64,000 nucleotides of DNA from Lingula anatina (GCA_051362555.1 CM120641.1:6076001-6140000), one strand, 5' to 3'. Numbered from the stretch's first letter, positions 51,378 to 64,000 are shown. Numbers and translations are program-made. The notes: generated from the sequence alone by a model not told the origin.

Positions 51378-54300
51378 ATGGCATGTATTGAAAGGATCAA
51401 AATAGAAGGCGAAGATGTGATACCTGCTCAAGTTGAGGGACTTGTCGACGTCTTTGCAGCCAATAATTTTGTATTTTCAAAAGCTCGGTATGACAAACTC
51501 ATTCATGCAAGTTTAGTAGAATATCCTTGTAAAATTAGAGTTCTTGAACAACAAAAATAATTTATACCTATAGATTCACCTTTGAAACAAAAGATGAAAT
51601 CTTACTGTAGCATAACAATGCTGGAAACCATGTTTTTCCATTATACAATCATCAATAAGGTATCAGCAGTTTGACAGATATACTAGTATAGTATGAACTA
51701 GACTACTCCTAATTGCTATTGAGAACGGGTAAAACAAAACCAAATGTTTTGCAGTTGGGTAGAAGACAATGAGGTGAGCACATGCAAAATATGCTCCAAC
51801 AAGTTCAATCAGCTCCGTAGAAAGCACCACTGTAGACAGTGCGGGCGTGTCTTGTGTAGCAAGTGCTGTAGCCAAAAGGTAAAAATCAAATCGTTAGTGA
51901 CTTAAGATTTTGTTTATTTGCAGCTTATTCATAAGTGCAAGATCTGTTTAAAATAAATTGTATTAATCACATTCATTGTTCACTCATTGAGAAGGTTAGC
52001 TGTAAATATTCAAAGTGTACATCTCTTAACTCATTGTGGATAAAAATATTTAAAATCTAAAGACTTACATCCAATCATTGTCCAGGTTCCCCTCCCCCAG
52101 CTTGGCCTCCCTGACCCAGAACGTGTCTGTGAAGTATGTAAACCTGTGACAGAGTGTATTACCAAATCAAGGTCATCACATCAGGTAACGGAAGATTGTT
52201 ACGCAATAGGTTCTGAATGTTTCCAAAACACTTTTATCTTATAACCTTTTCTTTATGTAAGTTTTAGAGGTCTGTGTTTATTTTGGACTCAATTTTTTCT
52301 AAATCTTAATCCTGTATTTTGTGTAGATATTCAAACTCATTTATCTGGACAACTACAGCCTTTTGGTTGCATTTTTAAATAAACGTACTGTTAAAGATAA
52401 TATTAATAGTCTCCTTCAGTCAACATCAGTATAGGTGCTTTAGCTGATTTGCTGGTGTAATATATAGTTGCTGCAAATAATATTTCACTGTGTAGAAATA
52501 TTGGCAATTCTGAAAGCACCATTTCTAATCACAGTGGCTCTATTCAGTGTAATGGATTCAGTGACAAGACAGAAAGAATCTGATTTGCCCTCTTTACCAC
52601 CTCCATCAGCCTTTAAATGCTGATAACAAATGGTCTTTTCATTGTAAAGTAAATGTAATTCTGTAAAAGCACAATGAGCCTTGTCCAATTTTCATTTTCT
52701 GACAGCTACATTATGATTCATTAAAATTAGAAAGTGTTGCAACACATTGAAAATATCCAAATACTATTAAAATTTAAAGAATTAATGAAATACTAAGAAA
52801 AACAGTTATTTAAACTAAATGTGTTTTTTTTTTTCAGTCATTCCAGCTAGAAGCTGTGCAGGGATTGACAGAGTTGGTTATGGATTCAGCAGGAATGAAA
52901 AAAGTGAGTAACATCAAGGTGGCAAAGAATGATGTAATTCTTGCTGTTTGCAATCTTTTGAAGATTTAATGAAATTGTTATCCCAGTTTTGTTTTCAAAA
53001 CTATTTATGCACTTGCAGGCAAGGATATGTTTTAAAGATAAAGGTAACATTATTTATATAACCTTGCTTCCACTTTCACATTTGCAGGTAATTGAGTTGG
53101 GAGGCCTCCAGACATTGGTCTTCCTATCAAAACAGGAGAACGAGCAAATACGGGTAGGCATGTTTTACATTGTATACCTTATCAAATTGCAGGTCATGCT
53201 GTTCAATTCCTCAACTTCAATTCCTTTTAATGGCAGAGAAATTTTGAGCATGGTTTTGTAATTCAATGTTACCCTACATATATACATTACCTAAGTTACA
53301 TTTTTGTATAGTATAACTCACTTTCAAGTTTTCAGTTTAATTTGGACTGTGAGTTTGATTCCATTCAAAGTTATATTGTATTGTGTTACATTACATTACG
53401 TTATGTTACATTATTATTATATTATATTATATTATATTATATTATATTATATTATATTATATTATATTATATTATATTATATTATATTATATTATATTAT
53501 ATTATATTATATTATATTATATTATATTATATTATATTATATTATATTATATTATATTATGTAGAAACATGTGATGTGTGGACTGCACACACTGGCCTCC
53601 CATGAACCACTGCTGGGTTATCTGGTCAAAGCTGGGGGAATCAAAGCTACATGCAGGTAAGAGTCAACTAAAGAGTGTCATATACCACACAACATCTTAC
53701 ACTGATCAGTCTTGTAAAACTGGGCATATAAACCAACTGATTAGTTTTGTTAAATTGTAATCCTTGGTACTCATTCACTGTTTACTTTGCATAGATGTCC
53801 CAAAAATGTTGCTTAGATTTGTAAAAACAATTGATGAACTAAAGAGATTATTTTATTTATTTATTTATTTAATTTGTTTGTTTGTTTCATTTCATTTTAT
53901 TTATTTGTTTGTTTGGTTTGTTTCAGAACCATAATCAAATTTTATTAGCAGAATTGTAAACCTAGATGACAAATGTTGTGAACATTTCAGGACTTTGCAT
54001 ATACCAGTACAAGTAACTCTCCATTGGTTTTATTTTACTTTACTTAAGAATCCTTTCCTGTGCCAAAGAGGAAGAAGAACAGACTGTTATTGCTGGTATA
54101 AGTACTCTGATGATATTCTGCAAGTCAGTAGATTTCAAAAGTCAAGGTACTTGTAAATGAAATTCAAATTGGAATACCTTCAGGGTTAACAGTATTATGG
54201 TTTGAAACTGAGCTTAACAAATGAATAAGAAATGAAATAGAGAATCAGTTAGTATACAGAATATATGTAAATGTACATACACATTGTTGTCAACCTTAAG

Positions 54301-57107
54301 TGTTATTATAGGTATCTTTTTTGGTATTATAAGATGAACTAAAGTTTTGAAGTTATGCATCTTTCAAGAGGTTTTACAAGAAGTCAGCCCATATTTATTG
54401 TTAAATGGTATTCAATACCCTTTTCAGCTTTACAAGATGGAGCCCTGCAGCCTATCCTTGCCCTGTGTAATATGAATGAAACTATTGCCCTGCTTGCAGT
54501 GAGCACCCTCAGTTTGATAGTGCAAGACCCCAGAACACATGCAGCAGTGATAGAGAACAATAATAAAGCTCTTCCTAGGATAATTGCCTTTACAAATGCT
54601 AGAGATGAACAAGTAAGTCTCATGAATAGTTTAGAATACATATAAATGTATGCTTTAAGTTAAACTTGGACCCAGCATACATCTACAGTACATGTATACT
54701 TGTTTGATGGATCCAAGGTTGAAAATATGGACTGCCATGATTGTGTCCTAAAAAGTCACAACTAACACAATGAAAATTTGCAAACCCTCCATAAGTATTT
54801 CACCCCAGTTCTGAGATTCACCCTATACTATTTTCCTACCTTTTTTGAAACCTTAATTAATATTTTGTAAAATACAAATTGTTTTACTGTTTGTGCTATT
54901 TCAGATGCAGGAGGTGTCCCTTAATGTATTAGCTCATTTGTCTACAGGGACAGAGTGGCACAAGAACAGGCTTGTACAGGTAAGAGGATCAAATTAGGTT
55001 AGGGGGACTACTTCAAAAAACTTGCCCTGAGCTTATGACTGGATGCATGTCAGTTTTTGTCAGTTTACTGTATCACAAGGGGCAGGTATGTACTATATAT
55101 GGATGATTCATAATTTGAAAAACTGGAATGCAGTGGATTGATCTTTAGCTTACCATTTGTCATTGCATCATCAATCACCAAATTTGTATTTGAAATTTAG
55201 AGAATTATTCTCATCAAGAGTAAAAAGCTAACATGAAATATTTATGATATAGTTTAAACCGTTTCCTTGAAAATGCAGCACAGTTGACATGTGTGGACTG
55301 GCTTTGAATGAAAACTGACATGTTGGTATCTTTTAAATTTTGTAACTTATGTTTTTCCCAGCTCGTTCTCATTCTGTATATGGCAATACATTGCAAGAGT
55401 AGGGCTTCTACTGGTATTTGTCCATCACTCAATTGATAAAATGATAATACTATAAACTTATTAATTAACCACTTGAATATGATACGTCTTTTTTATAATA
55501 ATATTATATAACTTGACTGAAATTGTAGTAAATTTTCATAGACTCTGCATTGAATTTCAGGAAGATTTCACTTGTGGTAGATGCCTACTGAAAGTGTTAA
55601 AAACAAACACCAGGAACATGCAGATAGTGTTCAATGCTGCTTGTACAGTTGCAAATTTGGCATCCTCTGAACAAAGCCAGGTAAAGTCATTTTATGTTGA
55701 AATTCTTATTTAACTTTCTCTGATAAGTCTCTCACCTTTTACACCTCAACTCTAGAGTTTTTAAACTTAAAAGTTTAATTACACAGAAACAAGGTACAAT
55801 ATAAACGAAAAAGAATGTTTAACCTCAAATAGTAAAAAAAAAACATTTATGTAAGTTTTCTTTAACATTAATTAAATTATTATGTTTGCTCCTTTCAGAG
55901 TGCCTTGCAGGAACATATGGAAATAATGTGCAATCTTTTATCAACTTATGATGAACATACGGATCTCCTTCTGCATATATCCAGGGCTGTTGCCAATTTT
56001 TCCAAGTTCCCACAAAATGCATCAAGGCTGGTACGAATGATCAGTTTGATCAATTGTTTCAAGAGTATTTTCTTTAAAGTGGATAAAGGTCAAGTGTCCC
56101 ACACTAAGTATTGAATTTTTACTAGGATATTTTGTTCATCAAAATAATTTTGTAACATATCTTTTAAGTACGTTTTAAAAAAAAATTGTAATCATCACAA
56201 ATATCAAAAATCTGATCATTGATGTAGGATGGTGTCCTCATTCTAGAGTGAAGGTAATTTTGTAAGACGCGAGTTCATAAACCCACCAAATACTTCAATT
56301 CTCTTCTAGGTGCAACACTTACCAAATGTGATCGCTATTTCTCTGAAGTCAGAGACAGATGCAATCAAATTCCAAGGCATGAGGTGTTTGTTTAATCTTC
56401 TGTCACACATGGCCAGGCCAACCATTGAAGCATTGATGAAGTAAGGGACTGTTCAGAATGTGTTATGTCAACCTAGCTAATGCTCACTAACTTCATGGAG
56501 ACTCATGCTGAATGCAATCAGACTAACACGCCTCGTTTCCAATGTTAGTACACCAGCTTCTCCGTATTCTACTCAAGGCCTGGAGCCATGTTAGTCTGTT
56601 AATCTGATTGCATTCAGCGAGAGTCCTGCATTAGACAGATAGTGATAACTCATTCTTAACAGTCCTCAAGTGTTCTTGTATCTAGCCTGTATTATCACAA
56701 CATATGACTTAAAAATGTTACCAAAATTTTCTTTGAATTAGATGCAAAGTCAATAATTTGGTTTTCAGAAAGCATGCAAATGTTAGTTTTGAGAACATGG
56801 ACACTCTGTATATATGATGTGTTTTCTGTCTTATTCCCTTAAATGCCCAGCACCAACTCCTTGTTTTTCGTACAGTATACTATGGGTTACCAATGCTTTT
56901 AAGTTTTTCACTTATGAATGGGCTGAAAATTATATTTGGCATTTTATTTCTTTTTTTAATAGAAAATGTCTTCTGTATGATCAATTTTTTTACAGGGATG
57001 GTGCTTCTGAGCTGTTGGAAGGAATCAGTGATATTCCTGGAGTTCATGATGCTATACAGACAGCCATACTGAAAAACATTCCAGAAGTAACTAGTCCTCC
57101 AATTTAA
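51378..57107 (+). CDS. FYVE zinc-finger + armadillo-repeat protein, 469 aa, 13 exons (uncharacterised; Vac8-like ARM region)
   Basis: Exons 51378-51487, 51755-51878, 52086-52184, 52838-52903, 53088-53153, 53565-53656, 54049-54146, 54428-54612, 54905-54979, 55561-55680, 55899-56030, 56310-56440, 56996-57107. All are GT-AG and phase-consistent, total 1410 nt ending in TAA. FYVE: WVED..CKIC..RRKHHCRQCGRVLCSKC..ERVCEVC. ARM-like units: VIELGGLQTLVFL, LVKAGGIKATCRIL, LQDGALQPILAL, NAACTVANLA, ISRAVANFS. Confidence 0.9.
53417..53560. repeat. (ATATT)n pentanucleotide microsatellite
   Basis: About 29 perfect units, preceded by degenerate TTACA/TTATG units. It abuts the GTAG acceptor at 53561-53564. 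Confidence 0.97.
56500..56625. mobile_element. Intronic MITE-like inverted repeat in the last FYVE-ARM intron
   Basis: GACTCATGCTGAATGCAATCAGACTAAC pairs with GTTAATCTGATTGCATTCAGCGAGAGTC. Confidence 0.55.
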
Positions 57108-58418
57108 ATGACAGGCTATCAAGTATCACAAAATTTTGAGTGCACCTGTTAAGGAGCAGAGCAGAGTCATGGATTCACATATTTTTGAATGGGATGAACT
57201 AATGAGATTTTTACTTCAGATTGTACATTGATTTCTTACGGTTTTCCTGTTTCTTGTTATCAGTTATTGCTCCCAATTCAATCCTTGAAATATTAACAAC
57301 TATGTGCCCAGTTGTAGACTTGAAATGAAGCATAACATTTGTCTACAAGGAGTCTCTGTGTGTACAGTAATGGCTTTCAGTTTGAATTGCAATTTCTATG
57401 AAATTTGTACATCAGTGGCCAGCAATAATTTATTACTCGTTACTTACCATTGACATATACTTAATTTTTTTAGCAATCAGTACGCTTCCAGGAAGTTTTT
57501 TTTTTTTTTTTAATTTTTGTACAGTATTTGATGAAGTGGATTTTTGGTGAAGAAAACAGTCAAAATGTGTCTCTAATACCATAAGATACATAATTGCAAA
57601 ATAACAAAAAACTGGACTACAACAAAGATTTTATTACCATTTTTAGGCAGTTTTAAAGTGAACTTGCACATTTTGTAATATCTCAATGTATTTTTTGTTG
57701 AAAGTATTGCAAAACAATGTATCAGCAATAACACTGCATGTTATGAAAATATTTCACTGCCATCAAATTTTTAGACCGTCTGAATTAAAATAAAACAATA
57801 TGATGAACAAGAAATAAAATTCAAGCTAGAAGAGAAATTTGCATTCTACAGAATCCCAAAATGTGAAATATCAAGTAGTTTGGTTGGCAGTCAATCATGT
57901 AAACAACAGAATGACAAAAAGGCAATACAGCAGGTAATCTATAAGGAATTCTTTAGATAACCCCACATTTTACAAGAATATCACAAGGAAATAAAACACT
58001 GTAAAATTAATTTCAATAAGTACCATTTACTCTGTTGGCAAGGAATATGTTCATGAAAAAAATTAAATAATCCCATCAAAATTGTTTCAGTCGTCCAAAT
58101 TTTAAATTGGCATATATCTAATGGCTAAGAATAGATTATTGCACATCAAAGTCCCAGGATTTTTCTTTTCAAAAGTGGTATAGGGCAAAGTACGTTACTG
58201 GAGATGCAATCCACCAAAGGAAAAAAATAATCTGGATTACTTTTATGTCTTCCAAGTTTCAAAAAAGCAACTGCTTAAATCTTAAGATTTGATTCCGATT
58301 TGATTTTTAGAAATGTCTTCAATAAAAAATAACTCTGAATAACTAGGAATGGCTTTTGTAACATATTTGAAGTTATTGGGCTAAGAACAGGTTACTCATT
58401 CATCCTTTTATGCCCCCT

Positions 58419-58611
58419 CATTGTTACTCCCAGAATCATTTCTCCCCTGCACAGTAACAATGTAGGTGAGTGGAGATTTTGGTAATTAATGATGCATACA
58501 AGTTTTGATGTTTGGGGGGGGGGGGGTATCAATGCATATAATATTATTATTTCAACACGAGTAGTAATGATGCGGAGAAGTTTCCATGCAGGGGTGGAGG
58601 GAGTAACAATG
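58419..58611. repeat. Inverted repeat downstream of the CSGALNACT stop (likely in its 3' UTR)
   Basis: CATTGTTACTCCC...CCCCTGCA pairs with TGCAGGGG..GGGAGTAACAATG. Confidence 0.5.
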
Positions 58612-58922
58612 CAGGGACGTAATGAAAAGGCAAGGCAATACTCACAATGTTTCCATTTATAACTTGATTGAAATCAAAGGAATGTATGTTACAAATAATC
58701 TGAAAATTAATCCTTAAATAAAAGTTGCTTTTTTATAATTAATGTTGTTATTTACTCTTGTTTCCAAAGCAACCAACTGCAACAAGTCTAATCTCATCAT
58801 ATTGCTGTATTATATATAATTTCAACCTGAAGTACAAGTACTTTAAATAAATTAGCTTGGTACCTTTTACAAAATACAAGTTACATGGACGACAAAATAG
58901 CACCAGGGGAGTAAACCAATCC

Positions 58923-60506
58923 TCATAATTGACCATTAAGCTTTGCCTGCTCTTTTTTCTTATAGCTTCTGTGAAGATCAACTTCATCCTTAAAGGCTAA
59001 CATTCCCAACTGAGCATGGGATGCCTCATTAAGTGCCTTTGAGCGTATACAACTCCTGTACTGTTCTGATGTAAGATTAGGGTCGCAATGTTTTTCATGC
59101 CACAGATGAAATATCCCTGGATCTGTGGCACGCACAACCATATAATTACTTTTCACATATTTTCGAAACAGTAACACGTCTTCTCCTCCCCACCCCTTTA
59201 TGTCCTCATCAATTCCTCCCAGTTTCAGGAAGTCGGAATGGTACTGACATGTCATACCATAACCAAAGTCTCTCCAAAATCCAGCATCTCTGGAAATTAT
59301 AAGCTGGTCTTTTTGTTTAGGAATGGGAGCATCATGCAGAGAGTAGACAACTTTTGGGTTGTATAAACTGAAAACAATTGGATAATACACTCTTCTTCCT
59401 TTTTCAGTATTCATTCTACAACGTTCCAGGAAATCTGCAGAAAATACAACATCAACATCACAGAAAAACATCAGTGCATCACTGCTAGTCAAACTTTTGG
59501 CACCAACTTCAAGTCCTTTTCCTCTTGAAAACTTCTCATTCAAATTGATGAGTTTAATGTTACTGAAATTATATTTTCTTGTGACATAGTTAAGTAAAGA
59601 TTTGACATCATTTAAACCTTCGAAACCGAAATATACAACAGTCAGATACACCCTCTGATCAATTAAGATACAGAGTTTAATGAAACGATCCAAAAATGTC
59701 CTGAAAGTTTCTATTCTCCCTGACAGTGGCAAGATAAGATTTATCATTTCTTTGGCAGTGTCAATTTTTTCCGTGACAGCAGTCATAAGAGGACCAAAAG
59801 GTCTCATGATGGACACTTTACTGTATGAAGTGTCTGATGTCATATTGTCTAAATCCCTGAAATAAAGTTCATAGTGTGCTCCTACAGAAGGATCGACCCG
59901 GTAGATCCCTTGGAGAAAGTGGTCTGTAGAATACAAGTCTTTCTTGGCTCTCCTTCTGGCATTCATGGAGTCAACAGCATGTCCTAGCACCTCAAACAGG
60001 TCCTTTTTCTTGTATCCAATGGGTTTTTCCACCACTCTACGTCCTAACCCAGGGTTGATGAGATAGATCCGATTAAGTGTGAACATGTTGAATGATTCCA
60101 TTTCATATTCAGTCTTATATGGCACACCATGTAAAAGTTCTGATGTTTCCAATTGCATGGCATTAAATTTATGATAATCAATTGCACTGGATTTAATAGG
60201 AATGGCCTCCATTTCATCCTCAACTTCTTGTCTGTCATTTTCCCTACTTTTACTCTGAACTTGTTGTAGAGTCCTGGTTAAGTCAGCCAACTGGTTCTCC
60301 AAACTGTTTATCCTCCTCTCATACTCAAGTCTCTGCTGAGACAAGAGAGCTTCATAATGCTCTTTATCATGGAATGAAGGTTCCACCCCAGCGTTCTGAT
60401 GCAGAAGGACCTTGTCCATGTTTATACCACACCTTGCAACAAACATCATGGTTGCCATGGAGAGGAGGAACAGGAGGAGGAGGATTCGAGGCATAGTGAT
60501 CCTCAT
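58923..60506 (-). CDS. CSGALNACT: Chondroitin sulfate N-acetylgalactosaminyltransferase (CSGALNACT1/2-like), 527 aa, intronless CDS
   Basis: Type II membrane anchor (RILLLLFLLSMATMMFVA), coiled-coil stem, INLILPLSGR, FSRGKGL, DxD motif FFCDVD, VYYPIVFSLYNP, GFWRDFGYGM, GWGGED, GIFHLWHEKHC and C-terminal NEASHAQLGMLAF, all typical of CSGalNAcT. Confidence 0.93.
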   Translation of the reverse strand: MRITMPRILLLLFLLSMATMMFVARCGINMDKVLLHQNAGVEPSFHDKEHYEALLSQQRLEYERRINSLENQLADLTRTLQQVQSKSRENDRQEVEDEMEAIPIKSSAIDYHKFNAMQLETSELLHGVPYKTEYEMESFNMFTLNRIYLINPGLGRRVVEKPIGYKKKDLFEVLGHAVDSMNARRRAKKDLYSTDHFLQGIYRVDPSVGAHYELYFRDLDNMTSDTSYSKVSIMRPFGPLMTAVTEKIDTAKEMINLILPLSGRIETFRTFLDRFIKLCILIDQRVYLTVVYFGFEGLNDVKSLLNYVTRKYNFSNIKLINLNEKFSRGKGLEVGAKSLTSSDALMFFCDVDVVFSADFLERCRMNTEKGRRVYYPIVFSLYNPKVVYSLHDAPIPKQKDQLIISRDAGFWRDFGYGMTCQYHSDFLKLGGIDEDIKGWGGEDVLLFRKYVKSNYMVVRATDPGIFHLWHEKHCDPNLTSEQYRSCIRSKALNEASHAQLGMLAFKDEVDLHRSYKKKEQAKLNGQL

Positions 60507-62980
60507 TCTGTCCAGTTCACAGTCTTCTGTTCACCAGGTGTCAGGTCAGACTGTGAATAACCTAGAGAACAACTGGCAGCATCCCATCTCCCTTGCTTTC
60601 ATTCTGTAATGATCCAATAACAGAAAACATCAGTTAATTTAATTGTTTTCTTAAGGGGATTTGAAAAGAATTATCCGAAAAACTAAATTTTTCTCTGAAG
60701 ACAACATCCTTCCAATCCTTGTTCATTCAATTAAATAATCTATCTGCACTACCTATCATGGATCATTTTCAGCAAGCAATTAAAAAATACCTCATTAAAT
60801 GCACACATTCTTTTTAAAGGTGAAAGATGCTGCACATTCTGTGACATTTATTGTGTATCTAAACTGTCTACTTAATGCTGCCTTTTTTATCAAGCATTTC
60901 ATCAGTTAATGGATTCTGCAATTTTCATAAAATGCTTAATAAATTAAATGTAGCAAATAGAGCATTTTATCTAACCTAAAATGTGAAAGAGTAAAAATCA
61001 TTCCCCACATTTACATTCCCAAGTGAAAAAAATCCATTTTCATTTAGGAAGTTCACCGTGCATCTTTCTCTTAATGAAAAATATTGACAAACAGAATGGT
61101 TTTGAAGTCATATGATTGACTGCTGACACCAAATGGTTTTCCCTTTAATACTGGATGTTCAATGCAAAATGATATATCAGGATCAGACTGGCAAAAATTG
61201 CTAATAACAAGGAAGTCCACCTTTCACAAATCCCATAATATTCAAGAACTTGACATTTGCCAAATAATATTTCTATTTAACTGCTACTAATTCAGAAAAA
61301 AAATAGAACTTAAACATGCAAAGAAAAATGTTTGATATTATTACAACTTGTATATAATGAAAAAAAAAACAATTTTTGCTTTCCATAAACTTTCCTTTCA
61401 TGCAGAAGATAATATTTTTTGCCTTAAAAATGTTTTAATGTATTAAATATGATTATTTATGCTGCAAATGAGAAAATATCTTTTTTACACATCTAATGAT
61501 ACATAACCTACGCTGACAGACAGCCTCTTCATGCACCATGTTGACACTATCAGCTGAATTAATAAAAGCAGTCTTACTTCACCCGCATTAAATAAACAGC
61601 TTACATTTGTGACAAAGTCAAAGTTCACAACAGGCAAATTTCATGGATTTATACAGAGCTACAAAACTATCTATGACAGCATTCAGAGATGAAAACAATA
61701 CCTTTTTCACTCAATATCTAATGTGTAAAACAAGGACATACAAGTCCGTCCATTAGGCTGTAATGGGTTTTCTTCATGTTCCCAGATCAAAAACAACAAA
61801 CCAGCATATGAAAACACGCTTGGCACTTGTCTTATGAAGATAGATAAAGAAACCAAATGTGGAAACCTTTATTCGAACATTTGCTTCACATAACTGCAAA
61901 TGTTCTTAAAACAATCTGTTTCACCACTGTCTGCTGTCTAGGTATTACACACCAATGACTGCCAGTGACACGGAATAACTTGACCTTGGGCTTGTTACCA
62001 GTATAACTTTCTTCCAATATGCCTAATGAGATTTTCTTCAAGGAAGTTGCTCAAGTCTACCATAAAGTATTTCATGAACTTTCCTATTAAATTTCACATA
62101 AATTGTGAACAAACACGCGCGCACACACACACACATACAAAAAAAAATTTTTTAAAGAAAAGAAAAAAAGCTTTTCTTTGTTCTTACTGTTTGAACTAAA
62201 AATTGATCATTTCCAATAGTTTAAAATAAGATTGGTGGTCTAATTAAACAATTTTTCTTCTATTCTTCAACTACAGTACATGGCAGGATTTGAGCAGGTA
62301 CTTTAACTCAGGATAATGAGAGGACAGGAACTTTCAGTAAATGACAAAGAAAATCTAGTTTGTTTATCCTTTGATAATTTTTATTTGATTTACTTATGAA
62401 ATTGGTGGAAAATAAGCTGTTTGGCTAAAATGAGACATGCTTCACAGCAACCCCAGTAAGTAGCACATCTCCAAATAAAGGAAGTTTTTCTGGTAGATTC
62501 TATTCTTCAAGGGATGACATTTCTTCATTTTGGCAGGAAAAGTGCCATAAAAAGGATAAAGAACAACTTTTCCATATATTGCAATGGGTAAAGAATCTGT
62601 TCTGACATTCAAAGTTAGTCAAATGTTTTCTTTTTAAGTTTTTTTTTTTTTGTAATAATCTCTAAAGAGATTATTATGGAGGGTAGCCATCTATGCAGGT
62701 CCACATGGTCCGCTGGCAAGCACAGATTTCAGAATAATTACGATAAGCGCCCTTCTGCAGGTAAAATGGAATTATTATATCCCATGTGTTCTTTACAATT
62801 GAATGTATTTATTGTGGAATTTTGAATCTCATATGAATAGTTGTTATCCCTTTTAAACTAATATCTACAAACAACCACACAGACAACATTGCTCAGAAGG
62901 TCACTCATAAGCTCAGATAGACCAAATATGACCAAACGATGGTCAGCAGGCTTATAATCAAATTAAGCATGTCCACATAC

Positions 62981-63068
62981 CTGTGAAACGGTTCACCTCC
63001 ACGTAGCATTACTGAACCAATTACCAACTGGGGCCGTCCCACGGGATTATCTCTGTGAACATCTCCAC
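62981..63068 (-). other. Probable 5' UTR exon of the CSGALNACT gene
   Basis: tattctgcag| acceptor and CAG|GTATGT donor flank an 88-nt GC-richer block upstream of the CDS exon acceptor near 60604. Confidence 0.4.
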
Positions 63069-63384
63069 CTGCAGAATACAGCAGACAATCAATTCTACAA
63101 TACAAGTCTACAGGCAGATATAACTTCTCCAACTCTACACATCTAAGTATATTATTAGCATTTCTGAAAGTCAGTCCCCTTTGTTTTTGAGTTATCCAAC
63201 TGTTAATAATTACAAGGCATAATAGATCTATACACAAATGGAGAATAATAAGGTTGGCTACCCTGAAGATATGTAGATAATCATCTTAAGGATTGATCAT
63301 CAATATCTAAGTCTAAACAATTCTTTACAACATTTCTAGTACCTTAAAATCCAGAGTAAAATTTTACATCATTTTTCAATCTAC

Positions 63385-63401
<17 letters not shown>

Positions 63402-63454
<53 letters not shown>
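63402..63454. repeat. (AT)n microsatellite after poly-A
   Basis: Perfect AT run following an A tract. Confidence 0.95.
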
Positions 63455-63457
<3 letters not shown>

Positions 63458-64000
63458 AAACCCACCTTTGACAAGGATTTTAGATGTGCAAACATAATAA
63501 GTACTAAACCTCTGATATTACTTTTCTAAGTCATCTCTATCTCATAACTATTCTTCCATGGTGTTGTACTTATTCATATTGCTTTTAACTGAAAAGGCAT
63601 AATTTATTTAAAGAAATAGTCAATTTTTGGATTCTTTTCTGGACTATTATTCTAAAGCATCCATACAGCTTACACAACCACCTTCATCAAGATCCAAATG
63701 TTTTATTAAAAACAGTATCATGAACTTTGAGTCATAAAGCCTCCATTTCTTTGAACTTGGCTTCATCAACAGGCATATTAAATACGAGAATAAGAGAAAT
63801 AAACAAAAATTTCTGAACACCAAAACTGTTGGGGATAAGCCTCTGTGGTTGCAGCAGACTGCACGCTGATATGCGAAGATTAGTTTATCTTTCAACGCAG
63901 AACAAGTACAGCTATGCTGATCCAATGCCATTGGGTTAATCCTGAATTGTCAATACATATAGGAATAGTAGAGAAGTCAGAAAGCATCTCAGTATCATCC

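Noticed and set aside
53304-53605. YYIIL-repeat ORFs in three frames
   Set aside because: Artefact of the stop-free (ATATT)n repeat.

Overview
AT-rich, intron-rich animal genomic DNA. Gene content and repeat types suggest a marine invertebrate, probably a lophotrochozoan or mollusc (inference). I reconstructed four protein-coding genes by hand from splice sites and reading phase. (1) The 5' ~2,300 codons of a fibrocystin-L/PKHD1L1 gene on the minus strand: 43 exons from ATG 29161 running off the left edge, encoding a signal peptide, IPT/TIG repeats, PA14, cupredoxin-like and G8 domains. (2) An inward-rectifier K+ channel with a single coding exon (42572-44017, +). (3) A 13-exon, 469-aa protein (51378-57107, +) joining an intact PI3P-type FYVE finger to armadillo-like repeats; it appears only as fragments in the ORF track and is the best candidate for an uncharacterised system. 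(4) A chondroitin sulfate GalNAc-transferase with an intronless CDS (58923-60506, -). The window also holds two 3' LINE fragments, several MITE-like elements and microsatellites. Other notable features are a duplicated 3' splice site in PKHD1L1 that creates a truncating decoy exon, a possible spliced non-coding transcript diverging from the FYVE-ARM promoter, a microsatellite occupying a polypyrimidine tract, a chain of abutting uORFs before the K+ channel, and an inverted MITE pair forming a ~445-bp palindrome. No rRNA, tRNA or CRISPR array was seen. All coordinates were read by eye and no database searches were run.
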